In this document: positions 36,655 to 45,169 of the stretch, piece by piece
How positions within the stretch are numbered: position 1 is the stretch's first letter
Layout: the number at the start of each line of letters is the position of its first letter
Notes under the pieces: generated by a model
Databases searched by the model: none
Seen by the model: only the letters and a program-made list of their open reading frames with translations
Told to the model about the DNA's origin: nothing
Assembly (NCBI GenBank): GCA_017609985.1
Contig: JAFCCW010000001.1
Location: 116,189 to 180,188, forward strand
Length of the DNA stretch: 64,000 nucleotides
Direction of reading: 5' to 3'
DNA from: Candidatus Iainarchaeum sp.
Lineage (GTDB): Archaea > Iainarchaeota > Iainarchaeia > Iainarchaeales > JAFCCW01
Position numbers and translations under genes: made by a program

Positions 36655-37593
36655 ATGGACATTATTTGCATTGGAAACGCTACAAGAGATGTTTTTGTAC
36701 ACCTTAGACAAGGACACAAATGCAGTAACAAAGTGCTCTGTCTTGAAGAGGGAAGCAAGCAGGAAGTTGACAAAATAAAATACGACACTGGAGGAGGGGC
36801 AGTTAATTCTGCTGTTGCTTTGTCACGTCTTGGCCTGAAAACAGGAATTCTTGCAGCTGTTGGAAGAGATGATTCTGGGAAAGCAATAATTCAAGAACTC
36901 AGGAAGGAAAAGATTTCAACAGCTCTTCTAAAGAAGTTGGACTACAGCACAGCCTATTCTGCAATAGTTACTGGAAAAGGGTTTGACAGAATTATTTTTA
37001 CTTATGGGGGAGCAACATCTCATTTGGAAGCACTCTCTGCTTCTGACTGGAAATTGCTTGAGAAAGCAGACTGGTTTCACGTAAGCTCTTTTCATTCAAG
37101 ACCAAAGCTGTTAAGCGAAATTTTTTCTTTTGCAAAAAAGAAAAAAAAGAAAATTTCATTCAATCCAGGCAGAAGCGAGCTTGCATTTGGATTTGAAAAA
37201 TTAAAACCATTGATTTCAAAGTCAGATGTATTTTTTGTGAATTTAGCAGAGGCAAGAATGCTTCTTGGAAAAAAATCAGTCAAGGAAATGCTGGAAATAT
37301 TCCAACAATACTCTTCAATAACAGTAATTACTGCTGGAAAAAAAGGAGTGCATTGCTTTGACGGAAAAAAGCATTTCTTCAAGAACACATATTCCATTGG
37401 AGAAGTTGATACAACTGGTGCAGGAGACGCATTCAACTCTGGTTTCACTGCAGCGCTAGTTTTTGAAAAAGAAATTGAAGACGCGATGAGCTGGGGAATG
37501 GCTGAAGCTCAAAGTGTAATAGAACATCTTGGAGCAAAAGAAAAACTTCTCTCAAGAAACAGTTTGCTAAAATATATCAAGCAGCACGAGTGA
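36655..37593 (+). CDS. PfkB-family carbohydrate kinase
   Basis: MDIICIGNATRD and DTTGAGDAF motifs. Confidence 0.85.
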   Translation: MDIICIGNATRDVFVHLRQGHKCSNKVLCLEEGSKQEVDKIKYDTGGGAVNSAVALSRLGLKTGILAAVGRDDSGKAIIQELRKEKISTALLKKLDYSTAYSAIVTGKGFDRIIFTYGGATSHLEALSASDWKLLEKADWFHVSSFHSRPKLLSEIFSFAKKKKKKISFNPGRSELAFGFEKLKPLISKSDVFFVNLAEARMLLGKKSVKEMLEIFQQYSSITVITAGKKGVHCFDGKKHFFKNTYSIGEVDTTGAGDAFNSGFTAALVFEKEIEDAMSWGMAEAQSVIEHLGAKEKLLSRNSLLKYIKQHE

Positions 37594-37647
37594 ATTTTTA
37601 CGAGTTTTATGGGTGAGTTCTTTTTTGTGTTTATATGTAAAGATAGC

Positions 37648-37655
37648 TTTAAATA
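37648..37655 (+). promoter_or_regulatory. TATA box (TTTAAATA) upstream of pilus ATPase gene
   Basis: 34-41 nt upstream of ATG 37689. GAGG RBS at 37678-37681. Confidence 0.35.
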
Positions 37656-37688
37656 ATACAAAGATATTTTATTGTTCGAGGCAAAAAA

Positions 37689-40600
37689 ATGGCAAAAGAC
37701 TACTTAAAGGACCTTATGAAAAAGGTTAAGGAAAAAAAAGAAGAAGAGGCAGAGCCCTCTGAAAAGCAAGACAAACAAGCACGTGTTTCTTCACCCAACT
37801 CTGGTTCTGAAGCTGAGCAAGTAAAAGAAGAGCTTGCTAAAAAAATGAAAATACTTTCCTCTCCTTCAAAAGACACTGAAACACCAGCCCCGGACGCAAG
37901 CCTTAAAGCGCCAACAATTGAACCAGAAGCTGAATCAGCACAGTCTCTGGAAGAAACAGTTGTTCCTGACAAAAGCGAAGTTGAAAAAGAAATAGAAGAA
38001 GCTCCCAAAAAAATAGAAATTGCTTCATATGGAAAAGTTAAGATTTTTAAGATTCCAGGCAAGGAAATGCTTTACTACTATGTTCCAGTGCCGCGCCCAA
38101 CCCGGGCTGAAAGAAACGTAATCAACACAATCAAAGAAGCAGCAACAAGACTGATAAGTATTGCGCCCTACAAGATACGCGATCCAGACCAGAGAAGAGT
38201 TGTTTACAGACAAAAAATAATTGAAATCCTTAAGGCTTCACCAGAACTTCACATCCCCCAGCACAGGTTTGAATTTTATGCAGAATCTGTTGTGCGAGAA
38301 ATGGTTGGATATGGATTAATTGATTCTCTTGTAAGCGATGACAGGCTTGAAGAAATAATGGTTATCGGTCCTGGAAAACCAGTTTACATTTTTCACAGAG
38401 ATTACGAAATGATGGCTTCAAACATTGAATTCTTTTCCGAAGACGAAGTACAAGATTTGATTAACAGAATAGCAAGGCAGATAGGGAGAAGAGTTGACAT
38501 TAGTTCGCCGCTTCTTGATTCTCGTCTGCCGGATGGAAGCAGAGTAAACGCAACTATTCCTCCTGCTTCAGTAAGCGGTTCTACTTTGACAATCAGAAAA
38601 TTCAGAGCAGATCCCTACTCCATGATTGACTTAATTAACATGGGTTCTCTTGGAACAGAGCTTGCTGCTTTTCTCTGGATGGCTGTAGAGGGACTGGGGG
38701 CAAGACCAGCAAATATTCTCATAGCTGGCGGAACCGGGAGTGGAAAAACAACCACGCTTAATGTTCTCGCATCATTTATTTCCGCAAGCGAAAGGATAGT
38801 TACGATTGAGGACACAGCTGAACTCAATCTTCCAATGCAGCACTGGATTAGAATGGAAGCAAGGCCACCTGGGCTTGAAGGAAAAGGAGAGTTAACACTT
38901 GACATTCTCACAAAAAATTCTTTAAGAATGAGACCTGACAGGATAATTGTCGGAGAAGTAAGACATGACGAAGCATTTTCTCTGTTCACTGCAATGAATA
39001 CAGGTCATGACGGAGCATTGACTAGCGATTCCTTAATTCAGCTTTCAGATGGCAACCTAGTTGAAATAGGGGAAATAGTTGAAAAGTCTTTTTCCCAAAA
39101 AAAGCCAACTTCAGAAAATGAATTTGAATTTGTTGAATTGTCAGAAAAAATAAAAGTTCCTTCCCTGAACAAGAAATCACTCAAGATTGAGCACAAGAAC
39201 ATTACTCATTGCTGGAGAAAAAAAACAAAAGAAAATATGATTAGAATAAAATTAAGAAGTGGAAAAGAAATTTGTCTCACAAAAGACCACCCGGTTTACA
39301 AAATTTTTAACGGAATTCAGGAAATAAACTCTTGCGATGCAAAAAAGGGAGACTATCTTGCAATTCCGAAGAAAATCTCTGTTGAATCAAAAGCAGAAGT
39401 TCCAATCCCATATCTTGTGGGGATGGTTCTTGGAGACGGGCATTTAAGGCACGGTCTTGTTGAATTTGTCAATACTGAAGATTCTTTGATTGATGCATTT
39501 TGCAATGAAATTTCTCCGTTAACAAACAATAAGGTTTCAGTAAAAGATTATGGTAATTTTTCACGAGTAAAAGTAAACGATACAAAATTGTCTAAAGAAT
39601 TAAACAAAAAATATTCTATTCCTTTTGGCAATAAAACAAAAAAATTTAAGATTGACAAAAAATTGTTAAAATCAACAAATGAAACAATTTCAGATGCTGT
39701 TAAAGCATTGTTTGATTGCGAAGCTCATGTGAACACAAAAGCAAATTGTATTCAGTTCTCAACAGCAAACAAGGATCTTGCTTTAAAAGTGCCACTTATT
39801 CTTATGCGATTTGGAATTCATTCTTCTTTCTATTCTCAAGAAAAAGATGGAAAAGGAAACAAAGGACCCTATTATTGGATTTCAATTTATGGGAGAGACA
39901 ATTTGGAAAAATTTAGAAAACATATTTGTTTCAGACATGAAAAGAAGAAAACCAAGCTTAATGAATTAATCAAAAAGTCAAAGAATGGTCTTGATTTGTT
40001 TCCGAATATTTCAAATATAATGCGAGATGCGAGAATTGAAAACAGAATTACTCAAAAAGAACTAAGCAGTCTTTTGGGAACGCAAACACGAAGTACTGTT
40101 CAATCTTATGAAACAAAAGCTAGAGCACCATCTAGAAAAAAACTTAAACAGATTGCGGGAATGCTCTCAGGAGAAACAGCCATGCAATTAAACTTGTTGT
40201 CTGATTCAGAAACATGTTTTGAAGAGATTGTTTCAATTGAAGAAGAAAAATTTGAAGGTTATGTGTATGATTTAACTGTTGAAGACAATCACAACTATAT
40301 TGCAAACGGATTTATAGTCTCAAATTGTCTGGGAACAGTCCATGCAAACTCGCCGCAGGAAACAATCATAAGAGTTACAAATCCTCCAATGAATGTTCCT
40401 GAAGTAATGATGTCCGGTCTTGATTTAATAATTATCCAGCACAGACTTCACTCCAAAAAGCAGGGAACAATAAGGCGCTTTACTGAAGTTGCAGAGGTTT
40501 CAGGAGTGCTGGAAGGCAAGACTCAGACTCAAACACTTTTTGACAGAGACCCGGTTGCAGACGATATTGTGAGAACAAATATTCCCAGCAATTACCTCAG

Positions 40601-40760
40601 AAAACTTCAAAACTTCACTGGAATGACAAAAAAGCAGATTGAAAAAGAATTAAGCGAAAGGGAAAGGTTTTTATCTATGCTCGCTAAAAAAGAAATAAGG
40701 TCTCTTGAAGAAGTCTCAAGAATGTGCGGAGAATTTCTAACAGAGAGGAAGGGAGAATAA
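37689..40760 (+). CDS. Type IV filament/secretion ATPase (TadA/EpdL/KlbA/VirB11 family), intein-containing
   Basis: Walker A GGTGSGKTTTLN, Walker B RPDRIIVGEVR, His box AMNTGHDG interrupted by 437 aa, then CLGTVHANSP. Acidic disordered ~115-aa N-terminus. Confidence 0.9.
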   Translation: MAKDYLKDLMKKVKEKKEEEAEPSEKQDKQARVSSPNSGSEAEQVKEELAKKMKILSSPSKDTETPAPDASLKAPTIEPEAESAQSLEETVVPDKSEVEKEIEEAPKKIEIASYGKVKIFKIPGKEMLYYYVPVPRPTRAERNVINTIKEAATRLISIAPYKIRDPDQRRVVYRQKIIEILKASPELHIPQHRFEFYAESVVREMVGYGLIDSLVSDDRLEEIMVIGPGKPVYIFHRDYEMMASNIEFFSEDEVQDLINRIARQIGRRVDISSPLLDSRLPDGSRVNATIPPASVSGSTLTIRKFRADPYSMIDLINMGSLGTELAAFLWMAVEGLGARPANILIAGGTGSGKTTTLNVLASFISASERIVTIEDTAELNLPMQHWIRMEARPPGLEGKGELTLDILTKNSLRMRPDRIIVGEVRHDEAFSLFTAMNTGHDGALTSDSLIQLSDGNLVEIGEIVEKSFSQKKPTSENEFEFVELSEKIKVPSLNKKSLKIEHKNITHCWRKKTKENMIRIKLRSGKEICLTKDHPVYKIFNGIQEINSCDAKKGDYLAIPKKISVESKAEVPIPYLVGMVLGDGHLRHGLVEFVNTEDSLIDAFCNEISPLTNNKVSVKDYGNFSRVKVNDTKLSKELNKKYSIPFGNKTKKFKIDKKLLKSTNETISDAVKALFDCEAHVNTKANCIQFSTANKDLALKVPLILMRFGIHSSFYSQEKDGKGNKGPYYWISIYGRDNLEKFRKHICFRHEKKKTKLNELIKKSKNGLDLFPNISNIMRDARIENRITQKELSSLLGTQTRSTVQSYETKARAPSRKKLKQIAGMLSGETAMQLNLLSDSETCFEEIVSIEEEKFEGYVYDLTVEDNHNYIANGFIVSNCLGTVHANSPQETIIRVTNPPMNVPEVMMSGLDLIIIQHRLHSKKQGTIRRFTEVAEVSGVLEGKTQTQTLFDRDPVADDIVRTNIPSNYLRKLQNFTGMTKKQIEKELSERERFLSMLAKKEIRSLEEVSRMCGEFLTERKGE
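39015..40325 (+). mobile_element. Intein (437 aa) with Ala1, LAGLIDADG homing-endonuclease domain and XRE-type HTH
   Basis: Block A ALTSDSLIQLSDGN, block B LTKDHPV, LAGLIDADG motifs LVGMVLGDGHL and ALFDCEAHV, blocks F/G YVYDLTVEDNHNYIANGFIVSN followed by +1 Cys. Confidence 0.85.
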
Positions 40761-41899
40761 TGTCTGACTTAAATTTTCTCAAAAAGAAAAAGAAAAAGTT
40801 TTCTTCAGTGGAAAGTGTCGACATGGAACAGGTTGATGACATAGTCAAAAAGATGAAGCAAAAATACAGAGACCAAGGAGTAGAGTTTGAAGAAGTTGGC
40901 GGCAGGCTAAGAGAGTTAAGGGGAATAATTGCTGATGGAAAAGCAGCAGAACTTCAGGTTCAAAGAGTAGAGGACTTAAAAGAATTCAAAAATCCATTAG
41001 TAAAAAATCTTGGTTCACTTTATCTAAAAATCAGATCCGTCAGCGAACCAATCTCAAACTTTTTGAGAAAATTGCCAGGAGTCAGAGAAATAGATTATTA
41101 TCTTTACTCAGCAAACATGCATTATTCAGTCAATCAATATCTTGCAATAACAACTGCTGCTGCACTGGTTATAACCGTGCTTGGATTTATTGGACTGGCA
41201 CTTCTTTTAGCAGTTGCAGGAGTAGACTTGATAACAGCCGCAATTCTTTTGCCATTGTTTACTTTCTTTGTATTTGTTTTGTCTGCAGCAATAGTCCTGC
41301 TTATTCCCAGACGAAACGCAAAAACAAGAGGAGATCTTGTAAGCAGGGAATTGCCGTTTGCATTAAGGCACATGGCAACAGAACTCAAATCAGGAATAGG
41401 TCTTTACAGAACAATTCAAGCAATAGCTTCTGCCGGATATGGTCCTTTGTCAGAAGAGTTTGCTGGAATGATTACTGAAGTGGAAGAGGGAACTGACACA
41501 AAACTTGCGTTAAGGCATCTTGCACTAAAAACACAGTCAATGGCTTTGAGAAATGCGTTACTGCACATAATCAGGGCAATGAAAACAGGAGGAAATCTCT
41601 CAGAAGTGATGAATGAAATTGCAGAAGATGTTTCATTTGAACTCAGAATGAAGATGCGGGAATTTTCTCAAAAGATGAACTTCTTTGGAGTGCTCTATAT
41701 TTTTATTGCAATTGTTATGCCAGTCATGCTTGCAGTGCTTGGGGGAATTAGAAATTCTCCAGTTGGAACAAGCGGAATATCAATGTTTTCTGCACTGCCT
41801 TTGACACTCGATGTTCTTGCAGTGCTCTTCCTATTCTTGCTTCCGCTCGTGTTTATATTGCTAATTGCATATTTGATGATGGCTCAGCCAAAGGTTTAG
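40760..41899 (+). CDS. Pilus platform membrane protein (TadB/EpdJ-like, T2SSF domain)
   Basis: TAATG overlap with the ATPase stop. LPFALRHMATELKSGIGL motif with flanking TMs. Confidence 0.8.
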   Translation: MSDLNFLKKKKKKFSSVESVDMEQVDDIVKKMKQKYRDQGVEFEEVGGRLRELRGIIADGKAAELQVQRVEDLKEFKNPLVKNLGSLYLKIRSVSEPISNFLRKLPGVREIDYYLYSANMHYSVNQYLAITTAAALVITVLGFIGLALLLAVAGVDLITAAILLPLFTFFVFVLSAAIVLLIPRRNAKTRGDLVSRELPFALRHMATELKSGIGLYRTIQAIASAGYGPLSEEFAGMITEVEEGTDTKLALRHLALKTQSMALRNALLHIIRAMKTGGNLSEVMNEIAEDVSFELRMKMREFSQKMNFFGVLYIFIAIVMPVMLAVLGGIRNSPVGTSGISMFSALPLTLDVLAVLFLFLLPLVFILLIAYLMMAQPKV

Positions 41900-41907
41900 G
41901 TGAAAAA

Positions 41908-42846
41908 ATGAAAAAAGAAATCAGACCATTAAATTTGCTGGAAAAATACAACAGGATTCTTGACCAAGCAGACATGAAGGCAAAAGCTGAACACTGGATT
42001 TTTGGTTCACTAGCAATATCAGTTGCTCTTGGCTTGGTTACATTTCTGATACTTTTCGCACTAAACACAGTAGTGTCCCCGTTTATGGGGTTAGTTATTT
42101 TTATTGCTGTTCTTGACCTGTCTCTTGGATATCCTTATCTCAGAGCAGAAGCCAGAATTGACAAAATTGAAGCAGCTCTGCCTGACACACTAAAGCAAAT
42201 TGCTGACACTCTAAAGGCGGGGGGAACATATGAATTTGCTCTAAGAGAAGTTGCAATTTCACAGTATGGTCCTCTCTCTGACGAAATGAACAATGTGCTT
42301 AGAAAGCTAGAGGAAGGAGAAAATCTTGAAAACTCTCTTAGAACACTTTCAGACAATATTGATTCAAGAATAGTTAAGAGAAGCATGGAAATAATTATTG
42401 ACTCAATCAAAGCAGGAGCAGGACTCGCAGATGTGCTTGACTCTATTGCAGACGATGTAAGTGCAATGCACCAGATAAAGAGGGGGAGAAAAGCACAGAC
42501 ACTAATGCAGTTTTTGTTTTTGCTTCTAGCAGGAGCAGCAGTTGCTCCGGCAATAATTGGGCTTGTCACGACTGTTATTTCCCTGTTCATAAAAAGTGCT
42601 TCAACAGGATTCATGGGTGGAGAAGAAGCAGTCAAGCAAGCTCTTGAATCAAGGGATATTATGGCATTGCTAATGCAAGTATACTTGTTTATTGAAATTA
42701 TTGCAACAGGAGTAATGATTTCCCTGATGAGGACAGGAAAGATAACCAAAAGTATTTTATATATCCCAATACTACTATTAATCGCTTATATATCTTACTA
42801 TGGAGCATTAATACTTTCCTCTATCGCAGTTGGAGGGGTTATATAA
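41908..42846 (+). CDS. Pilus platform membrane protein (TadC/EpdK-like, T2SSF domain)
   Basis: AGGTGA RBS. LPDTLKQIADTLKAGG motif with flanking TMs. Confidence 0.8.
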   Translation: MKKEIRPLNLLEKYNRILDQADMKAKAEHWIFGSLAISVALGLVTFLILFALNTVVSPFMGLVIFIAVLDLSLGYPYLRAEARIDKIEAALPDTLKQIADTLKAGGTYEFALREVAISQYGPLSDEMNNVLRKLEEGENLENSLRTLSDNIDSRIVKRSMEIIIDSIKAGAGLADVLDSIADDVSAMHQIKRGRKAQTLMQFLFLLLAGAAVAPAIIGLVTTVISLFIKSASTGFMGGEEAVKQALESRDIMALLMQVYLFIEIIATGVMISLMRTGKITKSILYIPILLLIAYISYYGALILSSIAVGGVI

Positions 42847-43007
42847 TGGATGAAAAAGGACAGGCATCAACAGAAGTATTAATCCTGATAGCAGGAGCAG
42901 TTGTTGCAGCAATCGCTGTCGGACTGTATCTGAAAGAAGCTTCAAAAACAATTGAAACTCAGGCACACAATGTTTCTGCTAACATAGTAAATGACTTAGG
43001 TAATTGA
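42846..43007 (+). CDS. Mini-pilin 1 (53 aa, class III signal peptide)
   Basis: Not in ORF track. ATG overlaps the previous TAA. MDEKG|QASTEVLILIAGAVVAAIAVGLY... Confidence 0.75.
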   Translation: MDEKGQASTEVLILIAGAVVAAIAVGLYLKEASKTIETQAHNVSANIVNDLGN

Positions 43008-43033
43008 ATACGTTAATACGGAGGTATGATAAA

Positions 43034-43210
43034 ATGGATGAAAAAGGACAAGGAGCATTAGAATACTTGCTATTAATTGCAGGAGCAGTATTAGTCGCAG
43101 CAGTCGTAATATACTTGTTGAGTACAATGGCTGGAGAAGGAAAAGAGGCTTCAACTAATAGTCTTAATACTGCAACCGGTGGATTGGAAAGCATAAAAAA
43201 TAATATTTAA
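43034..43210 (+). CDS. Mini-pilin 2 (58 aa)
   Basis: GGAGGT RBS. MDEKG|QGALEYLLLIAGAVLVAAVVIY. The track start 43004 adds an unconserved extension. Confidence 0.8.
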   Translation: MDEKGQGALEYLLLIAGAVLVAAVVIYLLSTMAGEGKEASTNSLNTATGGLESIKNNI

Positions 43211-43231
43211 TTGTGTTTCATTGGTGTAAAA

Positions 43232-43402
43232 ATGGATGAAAAAGGACAAGGTGCAATAGAGTATCTCTTGCTGATTGCCGCAGCAGTGCTTGTAGCAGCA
43301 GTAGTAATCTACACAATGGCAAACATTCTTGCGCCGACAAAAAATACAATCAATGAAGAGCTCAATCACGGGCTTGGGCATTTTACTACTGGTTCGCCAT
43401 AA
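43232..43402 (+). CDS. Mini-pilin 3 (56 aa)
   Basis: GGTG RBS. MDEKG|QGAIEYLLLIAAAVLVAAVVIY. Confidence 0.8.
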   Translation: MDEKGQGAIEYLLLIAAAVLVAAVVIYTMANILAPTKNTINEELNHGLGHFTTGSP

Positions 43403-43411
43403 GGGATTGCA

Positions 43412-43582
43412 ATGGATGAAAAAGGGCAAGTAAGTTTTGAATACCTCCTCACTGTTCTCTTTGGAATAGTGCTGGCTTTTGCAGCATTCTTGCTTGCCCA
43501 ATACGTCTTTGTGCTTTCAGGAATTGCTCAGGTCAAGGTTTCAAATGCAAGTACTGACGCGATTTCAACAATGATGGGATAG
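43412..43582 (+). CDS. Mini-pilin 4 (56 aa)
   Basis: Not in ORF track. MDEKG|QVSFEYLLTVLFGIVLAFAAFLL (QxSxE motif). Confidence 0.75.
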   Translation: MDEKGQVSFEYLLTVLFGIVLAFAAFLLAQYVFVLSGIAQVKVSNASTDAISTMMG

Positions 43583-44719
43583 GTGATTAAAATATCCCAA
43601 CAGCTTCTTTTTTTCGAAATTGCTTATTTTTCTCTTGTGTTTACGGGAATCGCAATAGCAACCTTCACAGACCTTAAAGAGAGAATAATTCCAAACAAGC
43701 TGACCTATTCAATGATTGCAGTGGGTTTGCTTTTGCATCTTGCAGAATCAATTTTGCTTCAAAATTTTAATCCGATTCTGTTCAGTGCAATAATAACTGT
43801 TGCAACTTTTGGAGGCTCTTGGCTTTTGTGGAAAGCAGGAGTCTGGGCTGGTGGAGATGTAAAACTGTTCACAGGAATTGCTGCCTTGCTTCCTTATCTT
43901 CCATCAATTTCAGCTTCCAGTTCAGCTCTGAATTTTTTGCCGCAAGAGCTCACTTTCCTGCTGTCCTTTGTTCCACTAACGCTCTTTGTTCTATCAATTT
44001 TCTCAGCACTCCCCTATGGTGTGCTGATTAGTATTCACGCAATCTCCAAAAAGAGGGAATTCCAAAAACAGATTGTTCAAGATTTCAAAAAAAGATTTTT
44101 GCAAACAGCAGTGTTCTCGTTTCTTGTGGCTGGGTTAAGCTTTGCTCTTGTCGAGCTCTCAATTCCAGACCTGCTGTTGCTTCCAGTGCTTATAGTCACA
44201 GGATTTATTCCGGCAAAGGCAAGAAAGCTTGGGGCAATAGTCTTGTTTGCAGCAGCAGTTATTTTTCAAGGCACAACAGCAGTTATTGCTTTTTTTTCAG
44301 TTCTGATTCCACTCTCTATTCTTTATGCTTTGATAAAACTTTTCCTTGTTTCAAGGAAAGCCCTCAAAGAAGAAGTTAAAATTTCTGAAATCGAAGAAGG
44401 GACAATTCCTGCTGAAACAATTCTTGAAGTAGACGGAGTTGTTAAAAGAGTTGAAGGAATTTCAATAAAAACAATTATAAATAACATAAAGAATAATAAA
44501 ATGCAGGAAGCACTTGAAGAACTCGTGCCAAAAGGCAGGGAAATTGTTTCTGCAAAAAAAGCAAGAGGAGTCACAGACGAAGAAATTGCAGAACTAAAAA
44601 AGCTTGTGAAAGAGGGCAAAATTGAACCAGTCATGAAAGTCAAAAAAAGCATGCCCTTTGTTCCCACTGTCTTGATTGGTTTTATTGTGCTTATTGCATG
44701 GGTGATGTTATTTGGCTAA
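43583..44719 (+). CDS. Prepilin/preflagellin peptidase (A24 aspartic protease, FlaK/EppA-like)
   Basis: Catalytic Asp contexts FTDLKERIIPN and WAGGDVKLF. Soluble insert before the last TM. GTG start. Confidence 0.85.
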   Translation: MIKISQQLLFFEIAYFSLVFTGIAIATFTDLKERIIPNKLTYSMIAVGLLLHLAESILLQNFNPILFSAIITVATFGGSWLLWKAGVWAGGDVKLFTGIAALLPYLPSISASSSALNFLPQELTFLLSFVPLTLFVLSIFSALPYGVLISIHAISKKREFQKQIVQDFKKRFLQTAVFSFLVAGLSFALVELSIPDLLLLPVLIVTGFIPAKARKLGAIVLFAAAVIFQGTTAVIAFFSVLIPLSILYALIKLFLVSRKALKEEVKISEIEEGTIPAETILEVDGVVKRVEGISIKTIINNIKNNKMQEALEELVPKGREIVSAKKARGVTDEEIAELKKLVKEGKIEPVMKVKKSMPFVPTVLIGFIVLIAWVMLFG

Positions 44720-45152
44720 AATTGGAAAAAAAGGACAGGTTTCAATAGAATTCATGCTCTTGGTTGTAATGATGCTGATATATGGACACTTTCTTATCAC
44801 AAACCATGTGGAACCATCAGAGCTAGCAATCAATGACACTGCACAAGCAGCTCAAACAAGAATTGCTGCTGAAAGAATAGCAAACTCAATCAAAGAAGTT
44901 TCAGCCTCGTTTGGAGATGCAAAAAAAACAGTTCACATAAACATGCCTTCTGACTCAGAGCTAATTTGCAATCCTCCGGAAATGAATTTTAATGTTCTTG
45001 AAGAGGATAGTGTTTCAATAAAATATTCTGGTGTTGTTAATGCAGGCACATCATTCACCTGTTTGCCGGGCTCTGGCGTGAATTTAAAAGGCCCTTATTC
45101 TGTTGAAATAATCAAAACAGGTTCGGGAACAAATGTAATATTTAATGGATAA
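44712..45152 (+). CDS. Pilin-like protein (class III signal peptide)
   Basis: M(A)KIGKKG|QVSIEFMLLVV. TTG start overlapping the peptidase stop. Confidence 0.7.
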   Translation: MAKIGKKGQVSIEFMLLVVMMLIYGHFLITNHVEPSELAINDTAQAAQTRIAAERIANSIKEVSASFGDAKKTVHINMPSDSELICNPPEMNFNVLEEDSVSIKYSGVVNAGTSFTCLPGSGVNLKGPYSVEIIKTGSGTNVIFNG

Positions 45153-45169
45153 TTGGAAAAGGTGCTTTT

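Noticed and set aside
37131-37155. Poly-A/poly-Lys tract (FAKKKKKKISF) inside the PfkB kinase gene, considered as a frameshift site
   Set aside because: The reading frame is continuous and conserved motifs occur on both sides. I noted it only as a potential slippage hotspot.
39015-39026. Alternative intein N-boundary at a Ser (LTSDS) to obtain a canonical class 1 intein
   Set aside because: Moving the boundary would leave extra residues after the conserved TGHDG His box. It would also break block A spacing (LSDGN about 10 residues from position 1). Ala1 with Cys+1 is a known functional combination.
43004-43033. Upstream ATGs giving longer forms of mini-pilins 2 and 3 (MNTLIRRYDK-, MCFIGVK-)
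   Set aside because: All four paralogues share the identical MDEKGQ start with RBS-like GGAGGT/GGTG just upstream. The extensions are not conserved, and the first overlaps the end of pilin 1.
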